A DNA stretch of 64,000 bases, taken from positions 85,773 to 149,772 of the forward strand of contig JAZQOV010000003.1 in NCBI GenBank assembly GCA_045628045.1. Direction: 5' to 3'. The translations under genes were made by a program, and so were the position numbers. This DNA is from Bacilli bacterium. Its GTDB lineage: Bacteria > Bacillota_I > Bacilli_A > RFN20 > CAG-826. The notes below the pieces were generated by a model. It was not told where the DNA came from, made no database searches, and was given only the letters and a program-made list of their open reading frames with translations. Of this stretch, positions 39,715 to 49,404 are shown in pieces. The number at the start of each line of letters is the position of its first letter. Positions within the stretch are counted from its first letter, which is position 1.

Positions 39715-39771
39715 AATAAAAATCCGCGATTTGAAGTGACCCCCAATTTGGACACTTAAATAAAAAAGACT

Positions 39772-40590
39772 TTATGAACAGGAATCGCTAAGGTTCCTGT
39801 TTTTTAATCGTTTTGTGTTATAAAATTCAATCCATTCTTCGACAAGTTGAATATAATGATCCAAAGATGTGATATTATTGTTATACAAAGTTTCTTTTTT
39901 AAGGATTCCGTGCCAACTCTCCATTGGGGAGTCATCAATTGGCGTTCCCTTTCTGCTCATAGAAATGAGAATGCCGTTGGAATCGCAAATAGCTTTGTAC
40001 TGAAAAGATGTGTATTGAAATCCTTGGTCACTGTGAATGATAAGATTGGATACATTCTTTTCTTTTTTTAGGGCTTTATTTAACGTGTCGATAACTAATC
40101 TCAAATCGTTAAATTTTGATATTTGATATGCAACAACGTGACGATCATATAAATCCAAAATCGTTGACAAATATGCTCGTTTATTTCCCCATGATAAATA
40201 AGTAATATCTGTACACCATATTTGATTAAAACCTTTGGTTTTGAATTGTCTTTTCACTAAATTTGGTCGAACATTTTCCTCAATTCTTTTATAACCTAAA
40301 TTTGGTCTAATTCGTTTAATATATTCTGGTTTTAGATTGTATTTTTTCATTATTCTTTGAATTTTCTTATGATTGTAAACAATCCCGTATTTCTGCTTTA
40401 GGCCTTCTTGGATTCTCCTATATCCATATGTGCCTTTTGATTCATCAAAGATTTCTTTTATAAGTATGTAATCAAAATAATCAGGGTCTTCCTTATTTCG
40501 AAACTTATAGTAAGTTCTTTTTGAAATCTCTAAAGCTGCACATAGGTTCGAAAGCTTGTAATCATTTATATGTATTGAAATAAATGTTAC
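39772..40590 (-). CDS. IS3 transposase OrfB (DDE), expressed by -1 frameshift
   Basis: WCTDITY, HSDQGFQY and MESWHGILKKE motifs; frame open up to the AAAAAAG site near 40590 (TYGYRRI motif). Confidence 0.92.
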   Translation of the reverse strand, partial: VTFISIHINDYKLSNLCAALEISKRTYYKFRNKEDPDYFDYILIKEIFDESKGTYGYRRIQEGLKQKYGIVYNHKKIQRIMKKYNLKPEYIKRIRPNLGYKRIEENVRPNLVKRQFKTKGFNQIWCTDITYLSWGNKRAYLSTILDLYDRHVVAYQISKFNDLRLVIDTLNKALKKEKNVSNLIIHSDQGFQYTSFQYKAICDSNGILISMSRKGTPIDDSPMESWHGILKKETLYNNNITSLDHYIQLVEEWIEFYNTKRLKNRNLSDSCS

Positions 40591-40889
40591 TTTTTCCCGT
40601 GTCGAGCTTCTAAGAAGGCCTGGTATTTTTTTAAGATTTCATACCTCTCTTTGTAATCTTCTAAAGTTAGATTCTGTAATTTGTGTCTTCCAGAGTTACC
40701 TTTCCAGTGATCTACTGTTACATCAATGCCGCGCTTGCGCTTAGAAAGCCATGTTTTAATTGTGTTATAACTTATTCCGTATTTTCGCCCCAATGTTCTA
40801 ACAGAGCCAAAACCATCATCATACTCTTTGAGTATTATTAGTTTCAACTGAGGCGCGACTTTTTGAAATTTTTGCCCTTTACTAGCCAT
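40587..40889 (-). CDS. IS3 transposase OrfA (HTH)
   Basis: SVRTLGRKYGISYNTIKTW HTH; ends GKK* at the A6G motif. Confidence 0.9.
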   Translation of the reverse strand: MASKGQKFQKVAPQLKLIILKEYDDGFGSVRTLGRKYGISYNTIKTWLSKRKRGIDVTVDHWKGNSGRHKLQNLTLEDYKERYEILKKYQAFLEARHGKK

Positions 40890-40972
40890 AATAAAAACCT
40901 CCTATCAGAATTATACGATAGAAGGTCTTTTCTTTCTTGTGAACTAAATGGGGTTCAGTTCAATTGCGGATT

Positions 40973-41344
40973 TTATTTTTTGCCAAGAAGTTCTTCTTTC
41001 TTTTTATCCAAATCTTCTTTTGTAATTAAATTCTTTTTGTATAAATCTTCATATTGTTCATAAAGCTTTTGTTCTTTTGATTTTGGAAGATCTTTTACAT
41101 CTACAATTTTAACTGTGACCTTTGGTCCTTTATCAGAATTAAATCTATTTTCCCTTGATTGGTTCACTAATCTTAAGATTAAAACAATCACAGAAACAAC
41201 ACCAAGGAATGATGCTACATAAAAGAAAATATTGCTCAAATTAACAATTTTGAAAATTTCTAAAATTGTAGCAGCAAACGCTGATGCAATTCCGAGCACC
41301 ACAGAAACTAATCCAATGTAATATAAAACTTTATCTTTATTCAT
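40973..41344 (-). CDS. SHOCT domain membrane protein
   Basis: Two TM plus LYKKNLITKEDLDKKKEELL. Confidence 0.75.
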   Translation of the reverse strand: MNKDKVLYYIGLVSVVLGIASAFAATILEIFKIVNLSNIFFYVASFLGVVSVIVLILRLVNQSRENRFNSDKGPKVTVKIVDVKDLPKSKEQKLYEQYEDLYKKNLITKEDLDKKKEELLGKK

Positions 41345-42600
41345 GATCTTAATCTATCTGTAACTTCTTGAGCTTTTGCAAAAATATCATCAACTTTTTC
41401 ATTTAAGAAAAATTCGTGATTGTAATATAAAATCTTGCCGTTAATCATTGTCATTTTAACGCAATCTTTCGATCCTGAATAAACAATGTTTTTGGCAATA
41501 TTATTTAAAGGCTGCATAGCAGGATTCTTCAAGTCAATCATAATTATATCTGCATATTTGCCTTCTTTAAGAATGTCAGAATTACTAAGTCCTAAAGCAT
41601 GTGCACCATTAACTGTGGCCATCTTTAAAACATCAAGTCCATTCATAATCGAAGCATCTTTATTTGTGACTTTTTGAAGTGTTGAAACAAGATACATTTC
41701 TCTAAACATATCTAAAGCATTATTTGATGCTGCTCCATCAGTTCCAATAGCAATAGGTAAACCTGCTTTTTGATATCTTGCTAAAGGAGCAATTCCTGAT
41801 GCAAGTTTTAGGTTAGAACATGGACAAGTTACAACGTAGCAATTATGTTTCTTAAAGATTTCGACTTCTTCATCAGTGAAATAGTTACAATGGAATCCAC
41901 CGCCACCATAATCAAAAAATCCTAATGAATCTAGATATTTAACTGGGGTCATTCCGTGTCTTTCAACACAACCATTTACTTCATTTTCTGTTTCACCAAC
42001 ATGTAAATAAATTGGAGCTTTAAGTTCATGTGCTAAAGCAACAACATCTTTAATTCTTTCTTCCTTAGTTGTGTATTCAGCATGAATACCTAAAAAGTAA
42101 GAGCAAAGAGCATCTTTTTTATTAATTGTTAAGTATCTTTCTCTTAAAAGAGAAATTGGTTCTTGATCACTTGTTGCAAGTATTACTGATCTAAAGCCCA
42201 TTTCTTCGCTAGCTTTAACAATTTCTGGAACATGGAAGTACATGTCAAAAGCTGCCGTAATACCAGAAGTTAAGTATTCTAAAATACCAACTTTTGTGAG
42301 GTGATAAATATCATTATCTTGGAATTTTGCTTCCATCGGAAAAATAGTTGTTGTGAGCCAATCCCAAAGAGGTAAATCGTCTGCTGCAGAACGGGCAAAA
42401 ATCATGGCAGTATGAGCGTGTGCATCTTTAAAACCTGGCATTAGCAAATTGCCTTCACAATCTATAATTTTGTCAGGTTTTTCCCCATTATATTTGTTTC
42501 CAATAAAGGAGATTTTGTTATCTTTAACTGCAAGTTCACCAGAGAAAATTTCAGTATTTTCCATGGTTAAAATGCGAGCATTTTTAAAAAGTGTAATCAT
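41341..42600 (-). CDS. mtaD: Amidohydrolase, MTA/SAH deaminase-like
   Basis: DAHAH, HAEYT, HVGET, SNLKLASG and GTDGAASNN motifs. Confidence 0.8.
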   Translation of the reverse strand: MITLFKNARILTMENTEIFSGELAVKDNKISFIGNKYNGEKPDKIIDCEGNLLMPGFKDAHAHTAMIFARSAADDLPLWDWLTTTIFPMEAKFQDNDIYHLTKVGILEYLTSGITAAFDMYFHVPEIVKASEEMGFRSVILATSDQEPISLLRERYLTINKKDALCSYFLGIHAEYTTKEERIKDVVALAHELKAPIYLHVGETENEVNGCVERHGMTPVKYLDSLGFFDYGGGGFHCNYFTDEEVEIFKKHNCYVVTCPCSNLKLASGIAPLARYQKAGLPIAIGTDGAASNNALDMFREMYLVSTLQKVTNKDASIMNGLDVLKMATVNGAHALGLSNSDILKEGKYADIIMIDLKNPAMQPLNNIAKNIVYSGSKDCVKMTMINGKILYYNHEFFLNEKVDDIFAKAQEVTDRLRS

Positions 42601-42603
42601 TAA

Positions 42604-42738
42604 TTAACGCTCTTCTTCATCCTTATCTTCGTAAGGAACTAACATTTCTTTTGGAGCACCACAAATTGGGCAACTGCCATCTGGAAGTGGTTTAACAATT
42701 TGACCACACATTCTGCAACGATATTTTTGTTCTGACAT
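42604..42738 (-). CDS. Rubredoxin-like small protein (44 aa; absent from the ORF track)
   Basis: MSEQKYRCRMCGQIVKPLPDGSCPICGAPKEMLVPYEDKDEEER with two CxxC motifs; AAGGAG RBS. Confidence 0.85.
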   Translation of the reverse strand: MSEQKYRCRMCGQIVKPLPDGSCPICGAPKEMLVPYEDKDEEER

Positions 42739-42879
42739 AAATTTAACTCCTTGATATTTATATCAATAATAGTATTAATTATTTTACGCGTATTTGCAAT
42801 TTCTTTCGCAAATAAACGTAGTTTCTTTCCAAAGGGATGAAAATACAAAAAAGCCTTGGCGAATTACCAAGGCAATGTT

Positions 42880-44076
42880 TTAGATCTTAAATATTTCGGT
42901 TCCGATTTTCACTAGTTCTTCCATTTCTTCTAGAACTGCAAATTCGTATGGTCCATGGTGATTATAAGAACCAGTTCCAAGATTTGGAGTTGGACAACCC
43001 ATGTAAGAAAATGTTGTTCCGTCCGTTCCACCTCTAATTGGAGCATAATCAAATGGAATTCTTAGCTTATCATAAACGTGTTCGATGTGTTTTTTACAAG
43101 CTGGTTTATCCATGATTACAGATAACATATTCTTATAAGAATCGGATAATTTCAATTCGATTTTTGCACCAGGATATTTTTTCTCTAACTTAGAAGCAAT
43201 TTTCCTAAATGTTGCTTCTTGTTTATTAAGCTTATCCATATTGTGATTTCTTAGAATGTAATGCATTGAAGCTTTTTCAACACATCCTTCAATTTCTGTA
43301 AGATGATTAAAGCCTTGATGGTTTTCAGTTAATGAAGGAATCATTTTCTTTGGAAGCATTCCAATAAATTCCGCTAAAACTAAGGCTGCATTTACCATTA
43401 TGCCTTTGGCATCTCCAGGGTGAATTGCTTTTCCAACAACGTTAATTTGAGCAGCTTTAGCATTGAATGTTTCAATGTTAATTGTTTCTGGTTCAGAGCC
43501 ATCAAAAGTATAAGCAAATTTAGCTTTGAATTTATTTCTATCAAATATTTCTGCGCCTCTTCCAATTTCTTCATCTGGTGTGAATAAAATGTACATTGGT
43601 CGTCTCTTTGATATGTCGAGTTTTAAAACTTCTTCAATAATTTCCATTATGATTGCAACACCGGCTTTATCATCTGCGCCTAAAAGTGTTGTGCCGTCTG
43701 TTACAACTAAAGTATTGCCGACTTCTTTATAAAGTCTTGGGTATTCATTTGGAGATAAAACACGATCAGTTTTTCCTAACTTAATATCGCTTCCATCGTA
43801 GTTTTTAATCACTTTTGGATTTACATTGGCTCCTGAAAAATCAGTTGCTGTATCCACGTGAGCACACAAACCAATTGCATCAAATTTTTCGTTGCCAGGA
43901 ACAAAAGCATAAAGTCTTCCGGTGTTTGTAAGTTCTGCAGAAACTCCTATTTTTCCAAGTTCTTTTAATAAAAGATTAAGCAAATCAAATTGCTTTTTTG
44001 TGGAAGGGGTTGATGTACTTCCTTCATCAGATTGAGTGTCAATCTTAACATAAGTTAAAAATCTTTCTAGTAACAT
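42880..44076 (-). CDS. pepT: Peptidase T (tripeptidase)
   Basis: AHVDT, LLGADDKAG, PDEEIG and IRGGTDG motifs. Confidence 0.95.
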   Translation of the reverse strand: MLLERFLTYVKIDTQSDEGSTSTPSTKKQFDLLNLLLKELGKIGVSAELTNTGRLYAFVPGNEKFDAIGLCAHVDTATDFSGANVNPKVIKNYDGSDIKLGKTDRVLSPNEYPRLYKEVGNTLVVTDGTTLLGADDKAGVAIIMEIIEEVLKLDISKRRPMYILFTPDEEIGRGAEIFDRNKFKAKFAYTFDGSEPETINIETFNAKAAQINVVGKAIHPGDAKGIMVNAALVLAEFIGMLPKKMIPSLTENHQGFNHLTEIEGCVEKASMHYILRNHNMDKLNKQEATFRKIASKLEKKYPGAKIELKLSDSYKNMLSVIMDKPACKKHIEHVYDKLRIPFDYAPIRGGTDGTTFSYMGCPTPNLGTGSYNHHGPYEFAVLEEMEELVKIGTEIFKI

Positions 44077-44087
44077 AATTTTTCTCC

Positions 44088-44720
44088 TTATTCATGAACA
44101 ACATCATCAGCAACAAGCCAGATAACATCAATATCTAATTTTTCTATGCCTTCTTTGTAGTAAAGGGTTCTATAATCATCATTTTCCTTGAAAATCCAAT
44201 TTGGATAATTTGGAACTTCATAAAATGAAATGCCGTCTATTTTTCCAGCTTCGCTTTCTTCATTTTTCTCAATTGGTTGAAATGTATCACCAAAAACAAT
44301 GTATTTAGTTTCGTTTATTGTTACTCTATATTCGTCGGTTTTCCCATTCGCAAGTAATGAATCTGGAACACCGCCACAGTCCTTTGAGGCGTATAAATAA
44401 GTTGCATCTTTTTTACCGAGTCTATTGACAAATTCAACAACTAAAAATTCAGGTTCTTCGTAATTTGCAAATTCAAAGAATTTGTAAGATGTTGTTGTTT
44501 TTCCGTTAAGTGCCCCAATGTTTTCACCTTTTTTTACTTCGTTAGAAGCCAAATAAACACGAGCATAATCCTTTTCGTTATAGTAAAAGAAATTTGTGTA
44601 ATCCTTTAAAAAGTAATCAGCACAAAAATCAACTCTACCAAATTCATAAACTCCATTTACTACACCAACACACGAACAAAGAGCGGGTAAAGCGATAAAA
44701 GAAAGTATAATTTTCTTCAT
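44088..44720 (-). CDS. Hypothetical lipoprotein
   Basis: Lipobox LCSC; leaderless start after TGTTATAAT. Confidence 0.6.
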   Translation of the reverse strand: MKKIILSFIALPALCSCVGVVNGVYEFGRVDFCADYFLKDYTNFFYYNEKDYARVYLASNEVKKGENIGALNGKTTTSYKFFEFANYEEPEFLVVEFVNRLGKKDATYLYASKDCGGVPDSLLANGKTDEYRVTINETKYIVFGDTFQPIEKNEESEAGKIDGISFYEVPNYPNWIFKENDDYRTLYYKEGIEKLDIDVIWLVADDVVHE

Positions 44721-44821
44721 AAAGATAATTATAACACTTATTTATTTTAAAAATAAATCAAGACAATAAAATCTTTACATTTTTGCATTTTTACATAGGA
44801 TAACTTATTAATTTAATAACA

Positions 44822-44896
44822 AAAAACCCACCACTTTTTGAAATGGTCGGTTCCGGTATACTTGTGATATATCAGCATAATATTCTGATATCTAAA
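44822..44896. repeat. Module D copy: terminator + GGTTC..CTTGTGATATATCA..TATT(C/G)TGATA
   Basis: Homologous to 48140-48216 and partly to 8716-8748. Confidence 0.75.
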
Positions 44897-44978
44897 GTAA
44901 GAATTAATGTTTGATTTAACTTACATTAGTTCAATCAAAATAACAATAACTCGCACGAATCCTCATGTTCGCTTTTTA

Positions 44979-47345
44979 TTATTCATCTTTATATAATTCA
45001 ATCAAAGATACTTTCTTAATTTTTGTTCTAGAAATTAACAAAACAATTGCAAATGATGCTAATCCAATGCCTATACAAAGTGGAAAAATCCAAATCGGGA
45101 ACACATACTGCACGAATTGAAGCATAGTTTTATAATCAATCTTTGTTATATACACGTAAGTGAAACTTCTCGAAACTGGCATTGCTATAATTAACGACAG
45201 AACAAGCACGATAAAAGACGGAATATTAAAGCTGTTCATAATTTCTTTATCTGTCATTCCAAGAATCTTAAACAATGCGATATTTTTAGTATTCTTGTCC
45301 ATTAAGTGTCTCGTTAATAAAAACATCATTAATACATAAACAGCCGTTCCTGCTACTATAACCATGATTGAAATAGTATTATAAGTTTTAACCATCATTT
45401 TAGCATCTGCTTCTAACGTTGAAGGGGTTATTATGGATTCAATATGTTCATCTTCAAAACAATCTAAGACATGATCAGAAAAGTATCCGTTTAAAATAAT
45501 ACCTTTCAAATCATATTCTATTCCATAAAACTTCAAAATTCTTTCAATAGACCCTTCATAAGGTTCAATTCTATTTTTATAAATTAGATTCGAGGTAGTC
45601 CTAATTGGAGCAAACAAACAAGCACTAGAATAATATTTGTATATTCCGGCCACTTTATAAGTAATGTTTGTTCTTGAATTTGAATCGAAAAATGTTAATT
45701 TGCTATTAACACCAACACCATATTTATCTTGGAAAGCGGATGAAATGAAGACAGTATCTTCTTCATAATTTGAAAAATCAATATCTATGTATTTGCTATT
45801 ATCAATTATGCCATACATTGATATGGTGCTTTGTTTATAACCGGCTTGTTCATAATCAAATGAATACATTCCAAATTTTTCAACATTTGGTTCATTACAT
45901 TCTACCGGCAATTTTAGTAAATACATGTTTTCACAAAAAGCTTCATTTACTACATTCTTTACTTGATTATCGACACAAGTCTTAAATGAGACTCCAGTCG
46001 TAAAAAGGATTGAACCAAGAATAACACCTATAAATAAAAATAGGTAATTTGCGAAATTTTTCATGAAAATTCTTTCTCTTAGTCTTGCGAAAAATCTCTT
46101 TTTATTTTTCAACACTTTTGTTCCTTGCTGAGAAGCATGTTCAATTTCCCCTCTTAAAAATTGAGATGTTGGTTTTTGAATAAATAAAACAACTATCAAA
46201 AACGAAATCGCAAACAATATTACTGATGGAACGATTGTGGTTAAAACAAAAATATCCCAATAGAAAGGTATCGAAATTAATTTAAAAGAAAATAGTTCTG
46301 TGAAAATATCAGCAAATATTGGTGCAAAAACATGATAACCTAACAAATTACCAACAATTGACGAGACAAGAATTACAAATAAAGGTAATAATAAATAAAA
46401 CGATGTGAGTTGTGTTCGTGTAATTCCTGTCGCTCTTAAAGTGCCAATTACTTTCGATTCTTCGATTATTCTTGAAGTTGTATCAATAGAGAAAACAAAC
46501 GCTATAATAGCAATCATAACGTACACAAATGCTAGAATAATAGGTGTATATTGTGAGGCATAATTTTTAGGAGTGATTATATTTTTATTTTCATTTGCTG
46601 GTAAAAACTTAATGACAAAATTCATGTCTTTTTTTGTCAAATTATTAATAGAGTTTTTTATTTCGGCAGAAACAGCATTTTTTTCTTCATCGCTTAATTG
46701 TTTGTTAAATTTATATGCGTATGAAAAAGTTAAATCGTTAACTGGAAATTTAGAAAAAGATTCATTATTTACATATCCAAGTAAAAATTCTTCAAATTTA
46801 AAAGCTACATCAGCACTGGATTTTCTAATACTAGGATAATCAGAGAAATAGCCTCTACCAACTATGTTAAATTGATAACTATTTATTGAAATGGTTTCAC
46901 CAATCTCGTATTTATTATAATCTGAGTAACTTTCTTCTAATAAAATTTCATCAACAGCATTTGGCATACGCCCACTTGAAAGTGATATTTTATTAATTTC
47001 ATTTCTATTTGTGTATACATTTACATAATTATTCTCGTTATTTTTGTTGACAAATTTAACGTTATAATATGAATTTTCTTCAATATTTAAATCGAATTCT
47101 TCTTCAATAGTTTTAATATTTTTGTCGCCAAATTTAAAGAAAGTAGAAAATTCACCATCTTCAGTATTTTGTGAACTTAACATTGAATAATATGATTGGT
47201 CAACCGCTTGAGTTCCTATTAAATAACCGGAGACAAAAGAAAACAAAATAATGAGAAAAAAATGCAAAATAAAAAACTTGAGGTAATTCTTTTTATACTC
47301 ACGCGGTGCTCTTTTTAATATGGTTTTTGAAAAAATGCCTACCAT
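44979..47345 (-). CDS. FtsX-like ABC transporter permease
   Basis: IGTLRATG and IALFKILG FtsX motifs; two TM clusters. Confidence 0.88.
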   Translation of the reverse strand: MVGIFSKTILKRAPREYKKNYLKFFILHFFLIILFSFVSGYLIGTQAVDQSYYSMLSSQNTEDGEFSTFFKFGDKNIKTIEEEFDLNIEENSYYNVKFVNKNNENNYVNVYTNRNEINKISLSSGRMPNAVDEILLEESYSDYNKYEIGETISINSYQFNIVGRGYFSDYPSIRKSSADVAFKFEEFLLGYVNNESFSKFPVNDLTFSYAYKFNKQLSDEEKNAVSAEIKNSINNLTKKDMNFVIKFLPANENKNIITPKNYASQYTPIILAFVYVMIAIIAFVFSIDTTSRIIEESKVIGTLRATGITRTQLTSFYLLLPLFVILVSSIVGNLLGYHVFAPIFADIFTELFSFKLISIPFYWDIFVLTTIVPSVILFAISFLIVVLFIQKPTSQFLRGEIEHASQQGTKVLKNKKRFFARLRERIFMKNFANYLFLFIGVILGSILFTTGVSFKTCVDNQVKNVVNEAFCENMYLLKLPVECNEPNVEKFGMYSFDYEQAGYKQSTISMYGIIDNSKYIDIDFSNYEEDTVFISSAFQDKYGVGVNSKLTFFDSNSRTNITYKVAGIYKYYSSACLFAPIRTTSNLIYKNRIEPYEGSIERILKFYGIEYDLKGIILNGYFSDHVLDCFEDEHIESIITPSTLEADAKMMVKTYNTISIMVIVAGTAVYVLMMFLLTRHLMDKNTKNIALFKILGMTDKEIMNSFNIPSFIVLVLSLIIAMPVSRSFTYVYITKIDYKTMLQFVQYVFPIWIFPLCIGIGLASFAIVLLISRTKIKKVSLIELYKDE

Positions 47346-48040
47346 TCGATTTCACTTATTGCTTTCTTATTATTATTAACTTCGTTAGAGACAATAACTC
47401 CATCTTTTAAAGTTATAACTCGATCCGCCATTTCTTTAAGTGCGGCATTGTGAGTTACCATTATTATTGTCGCTTGATATTTTTGATTTATTTTTTCAAA
47501 TATGGACAAAACTTCTTTACTAGACTTATAGTCTAATGCCCCAGTAGGTTCGTCTGCTAAAATGATATCAGGATTTTTTGCAATGGCTCTACCAATAGAA
47601 ACACGCTGTTGTTGGCCGCCACTAATTTGACGAGGAAATTTTTCTTTATGGTCAGTTAAACCAAGTGAATCAATTATTTCATCAATATCTAAAGAGTCTT
47701 CTACAAGTGAAGCACTTAACGCTATGTTCTCACGTACTGTTAAATTAGGAACTAAATTATAATTCTGAAAAACAAAACCAACATTTTTTCTTCTATATTG
47801 AGTCGCTTTAGTTTCACTTATATCAAATAAAGAATATCCATTAATTGTAGCTTCACCATCATCAAACTTATCAATTGCACCTAAGATGTTTAACAAAGTT
47901 GACTTGCCACATCCTGAAGGGCCAAGAATGACAACAAATTCCCCTTTGCCAACAGAAAAGGAAACATTTTTAAGAGCATAAAATAAATTATATTTTGAAT
48001 CACCGTATGTTTTATTCAAATTTTTTATTTCAAGTAGCAT
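47339..48040 (-). CDS. ABC transporter ATP-binding protein (LolD/MacB-like)
   Basis: GPSGCGKS, ISGGQQQR and ADEPTGALD motifs. Confidence 0.95.
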   Translation of the reverse strand: MLLEIKNLNKTYGDSKYNLFYALKNVSFSVGKGEFVVILGPSGCGKSTLLNILGAIDKFDDGEATINGYSLFDISETKATQYRRKNVGFVFQNYNLVPNLTVRENIALSASLVEDSLDIDEIIDSLGLTDHKEKFPRQISGGQQQRVSIGRAIAKNPDIILADEPTGALDYKSSKEVLSIFEKINQKYQATIIMVTHNAALKEMADRVITLKDGVIVSNEVNNNKKAISEIEW

Positions 48041-48139
48041 AACGAATCCCCTCCTTATAGTTTAATTCCGAAACGACAGAATTAATTGTTTTTTGATGAC
48101 AACATTTTATTTCTTTCATATTTTACTACACAGGCAATG

Positions 48140-48216
48140 AAAAACCTATATATTTTTAAATAATAGGTTCTGACATGCTTGTGATATATCAACTAACTAT
48201 TGTGATACTAAACACC
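48140..48216. repeat. Module D copy
   Basis: Hairpin AACCTAT...ATAGGTT followed by CTTGTGATATATCAACTAACTATTGTGATACTAAACACC. Confidence 0.75.
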
Positions 48217-48239
48217 ACTAAAATGTTATTTGTATACAT

Positions 48240-49136
48240 CTACTTCAAAACAGACTTGATCGGAATCCAAATTTGAGTGTGATAATCAGAATCTGTCTTT
48301 TCACCATTAACACAATCATACCATTCAATGTTACCATCGCCTCTTAATTCGAATTCTTTGTTAAGTGGTAACCATTCTTTGAATATTTTTGTGTTAAGTT
48401 CTTGTAATTTTTCTGGACAAGGTCCTATGCAATCAAAGATTGCCCATTTTCCAGCTGGAAATTCGTAAAGCATCATTCCTTCTGGAACTTTTCCTCCAGC
48501 GTATCTTCCAGCTATTAAATATTTGAATTTTGTGCCTTTACATTCAATACAAACTCCGAATTCTCCAATGCAATTATCAACAATTGTTTGTTCATAATCG
48601 TTTTCGGCTGGCAAACCTCTATAAATATGCGGAAAACAATACTTCTCACATATTTCATCCCAAAATAATGGGATTTCCTTATAAGAAGATTCCATATCGA
48701 ATTCTTTAACAAATCCAATTAATTTAATTGGAAACATGTCAGTAACTTTATAATTCATATTAGATAAAATTCCTCCTTTAATTTGAATATCTATTGTCAA
48801 GGGATCAAATCTTTTAATTTTATGTTTCTTAATTTGCGATGGATTAAACTCGTGAAATCTTTTAAAGGCCTTGGTAAAAGATTCTGGAGTTTCATAACCA
48901 TACTCTAAAGCAACATCAACGATTTTTTTATTGTCTTTTAAATCTAAGGCTGCTAAATATAGTTTTCGGTTTCTTATATACTCACCTATTGAATAACCAG
49001 TCATGATATTAAAACCTACTTGAAGATAATAACTTGAAACATAAGAATTATTCGCTACATCTTGGATGTTTATGTTTTCTTTTATATGATCTTCTATGTA
49101 ATCAATAGATGCTTTAATGCAACTCAACCACTCCAT
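48240..49136 (-). CDS. AraC family regulator with GyrI-like effector domain
   Basis: EYIRNRKL...YGYETPESFTKAFKRFH; C-terminal IFKEWLP...QIWIPI. Confidence 0.93.
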   Translation of the reverse strand: MEWLSCIKASIDYIEDHIKENINIQDVANNSYVSSYYLQVGFNIMTGYSIGEYIRNRKLYLAALDLKDNKKIVDVALEYGYETPESFTKAFKRFHEFNPSQIKKHKIKRFDPLTIDIQIKGGILSNMNYKVTDMFPIKLIGFVKEFDMESSYKEIPLFWDEICEKYCFPHIYRGLPAENDYEQTIVDNCIGEFGVCIECKGTKFKYLIAGRYAGGKVPEGMMLYEFPAGKWAIFDCIGPCPEKLQELNTKIFKEWLPLNKEFELRGDGNIEWYDCVNGEKTDSDYHTQIWIPIKSVLK

Positions 49137-49257
49137 TATTAATCTCCTGACAACATTATACTACTTGCTTTAAACAATATAATCTTGTTAAAAAATATAA
49201 TGATTTGTCTTAATACTATTTTGTTGGCCAAAAATAAAACACCCTTTTGGATGTTTC

Positions 49258-49398
49258 AATGTCAAGCAGGCAGCCTAATTAAGGAAACTACTTATTCGCT
49301 CCAGGTGTTAAGTGGATTCGTTTAACCCCTGCATCGCATGTAATACCAATTCTATTGAATGCGCCGCGGTCGCACGCTGAATTTCCACCTTTGACATT
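49258..49398 (-). ncRNA. Structured element, probably Clostridiales-1 RNA motif-like
   Basis: Closing stem AATGTCAA/TTGACATT with internal hairpins; minus strand UGUCAAAG..GGAAA..GCGUGCGAC..GCAUUCAA..GGGUUAAACG..AAGUAGUUUCC..GGCUGC resembles the recalled Clostridiales-1 consensus (unverified); strand uncertain. Confidence 0.6.
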
Positions 49399-49404
49399 TT
49401 GTAT

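Larger units (their letters stand above)
39732..40962 (-). mobile_element. IS3 family (IS150-like) insertion sequence, 1231 bp
   Basis: Terminal IRs TGAAGTGACCCCCA / TGAACTGAACCCCA; ATT target duplication (39729-39731, 40963-40965); orfA/orfB joined at an A6G slip site. Confidence 0.95.

Noticed and set aside
49206-49211. TGTCTT upstream of the AraC gene as another boundary module
   Set aside because: No preceding terminator or following repeats; it lies in the AraC promoter region and the hexamer alone is common.
49258-49398. Retron msr-msd, 6S RNA or self-cleaving ribozyme
   Set aside because: No reverse transcriptase nearby, too short and too branched for 6S, and no ribozyme core motifs recognised.
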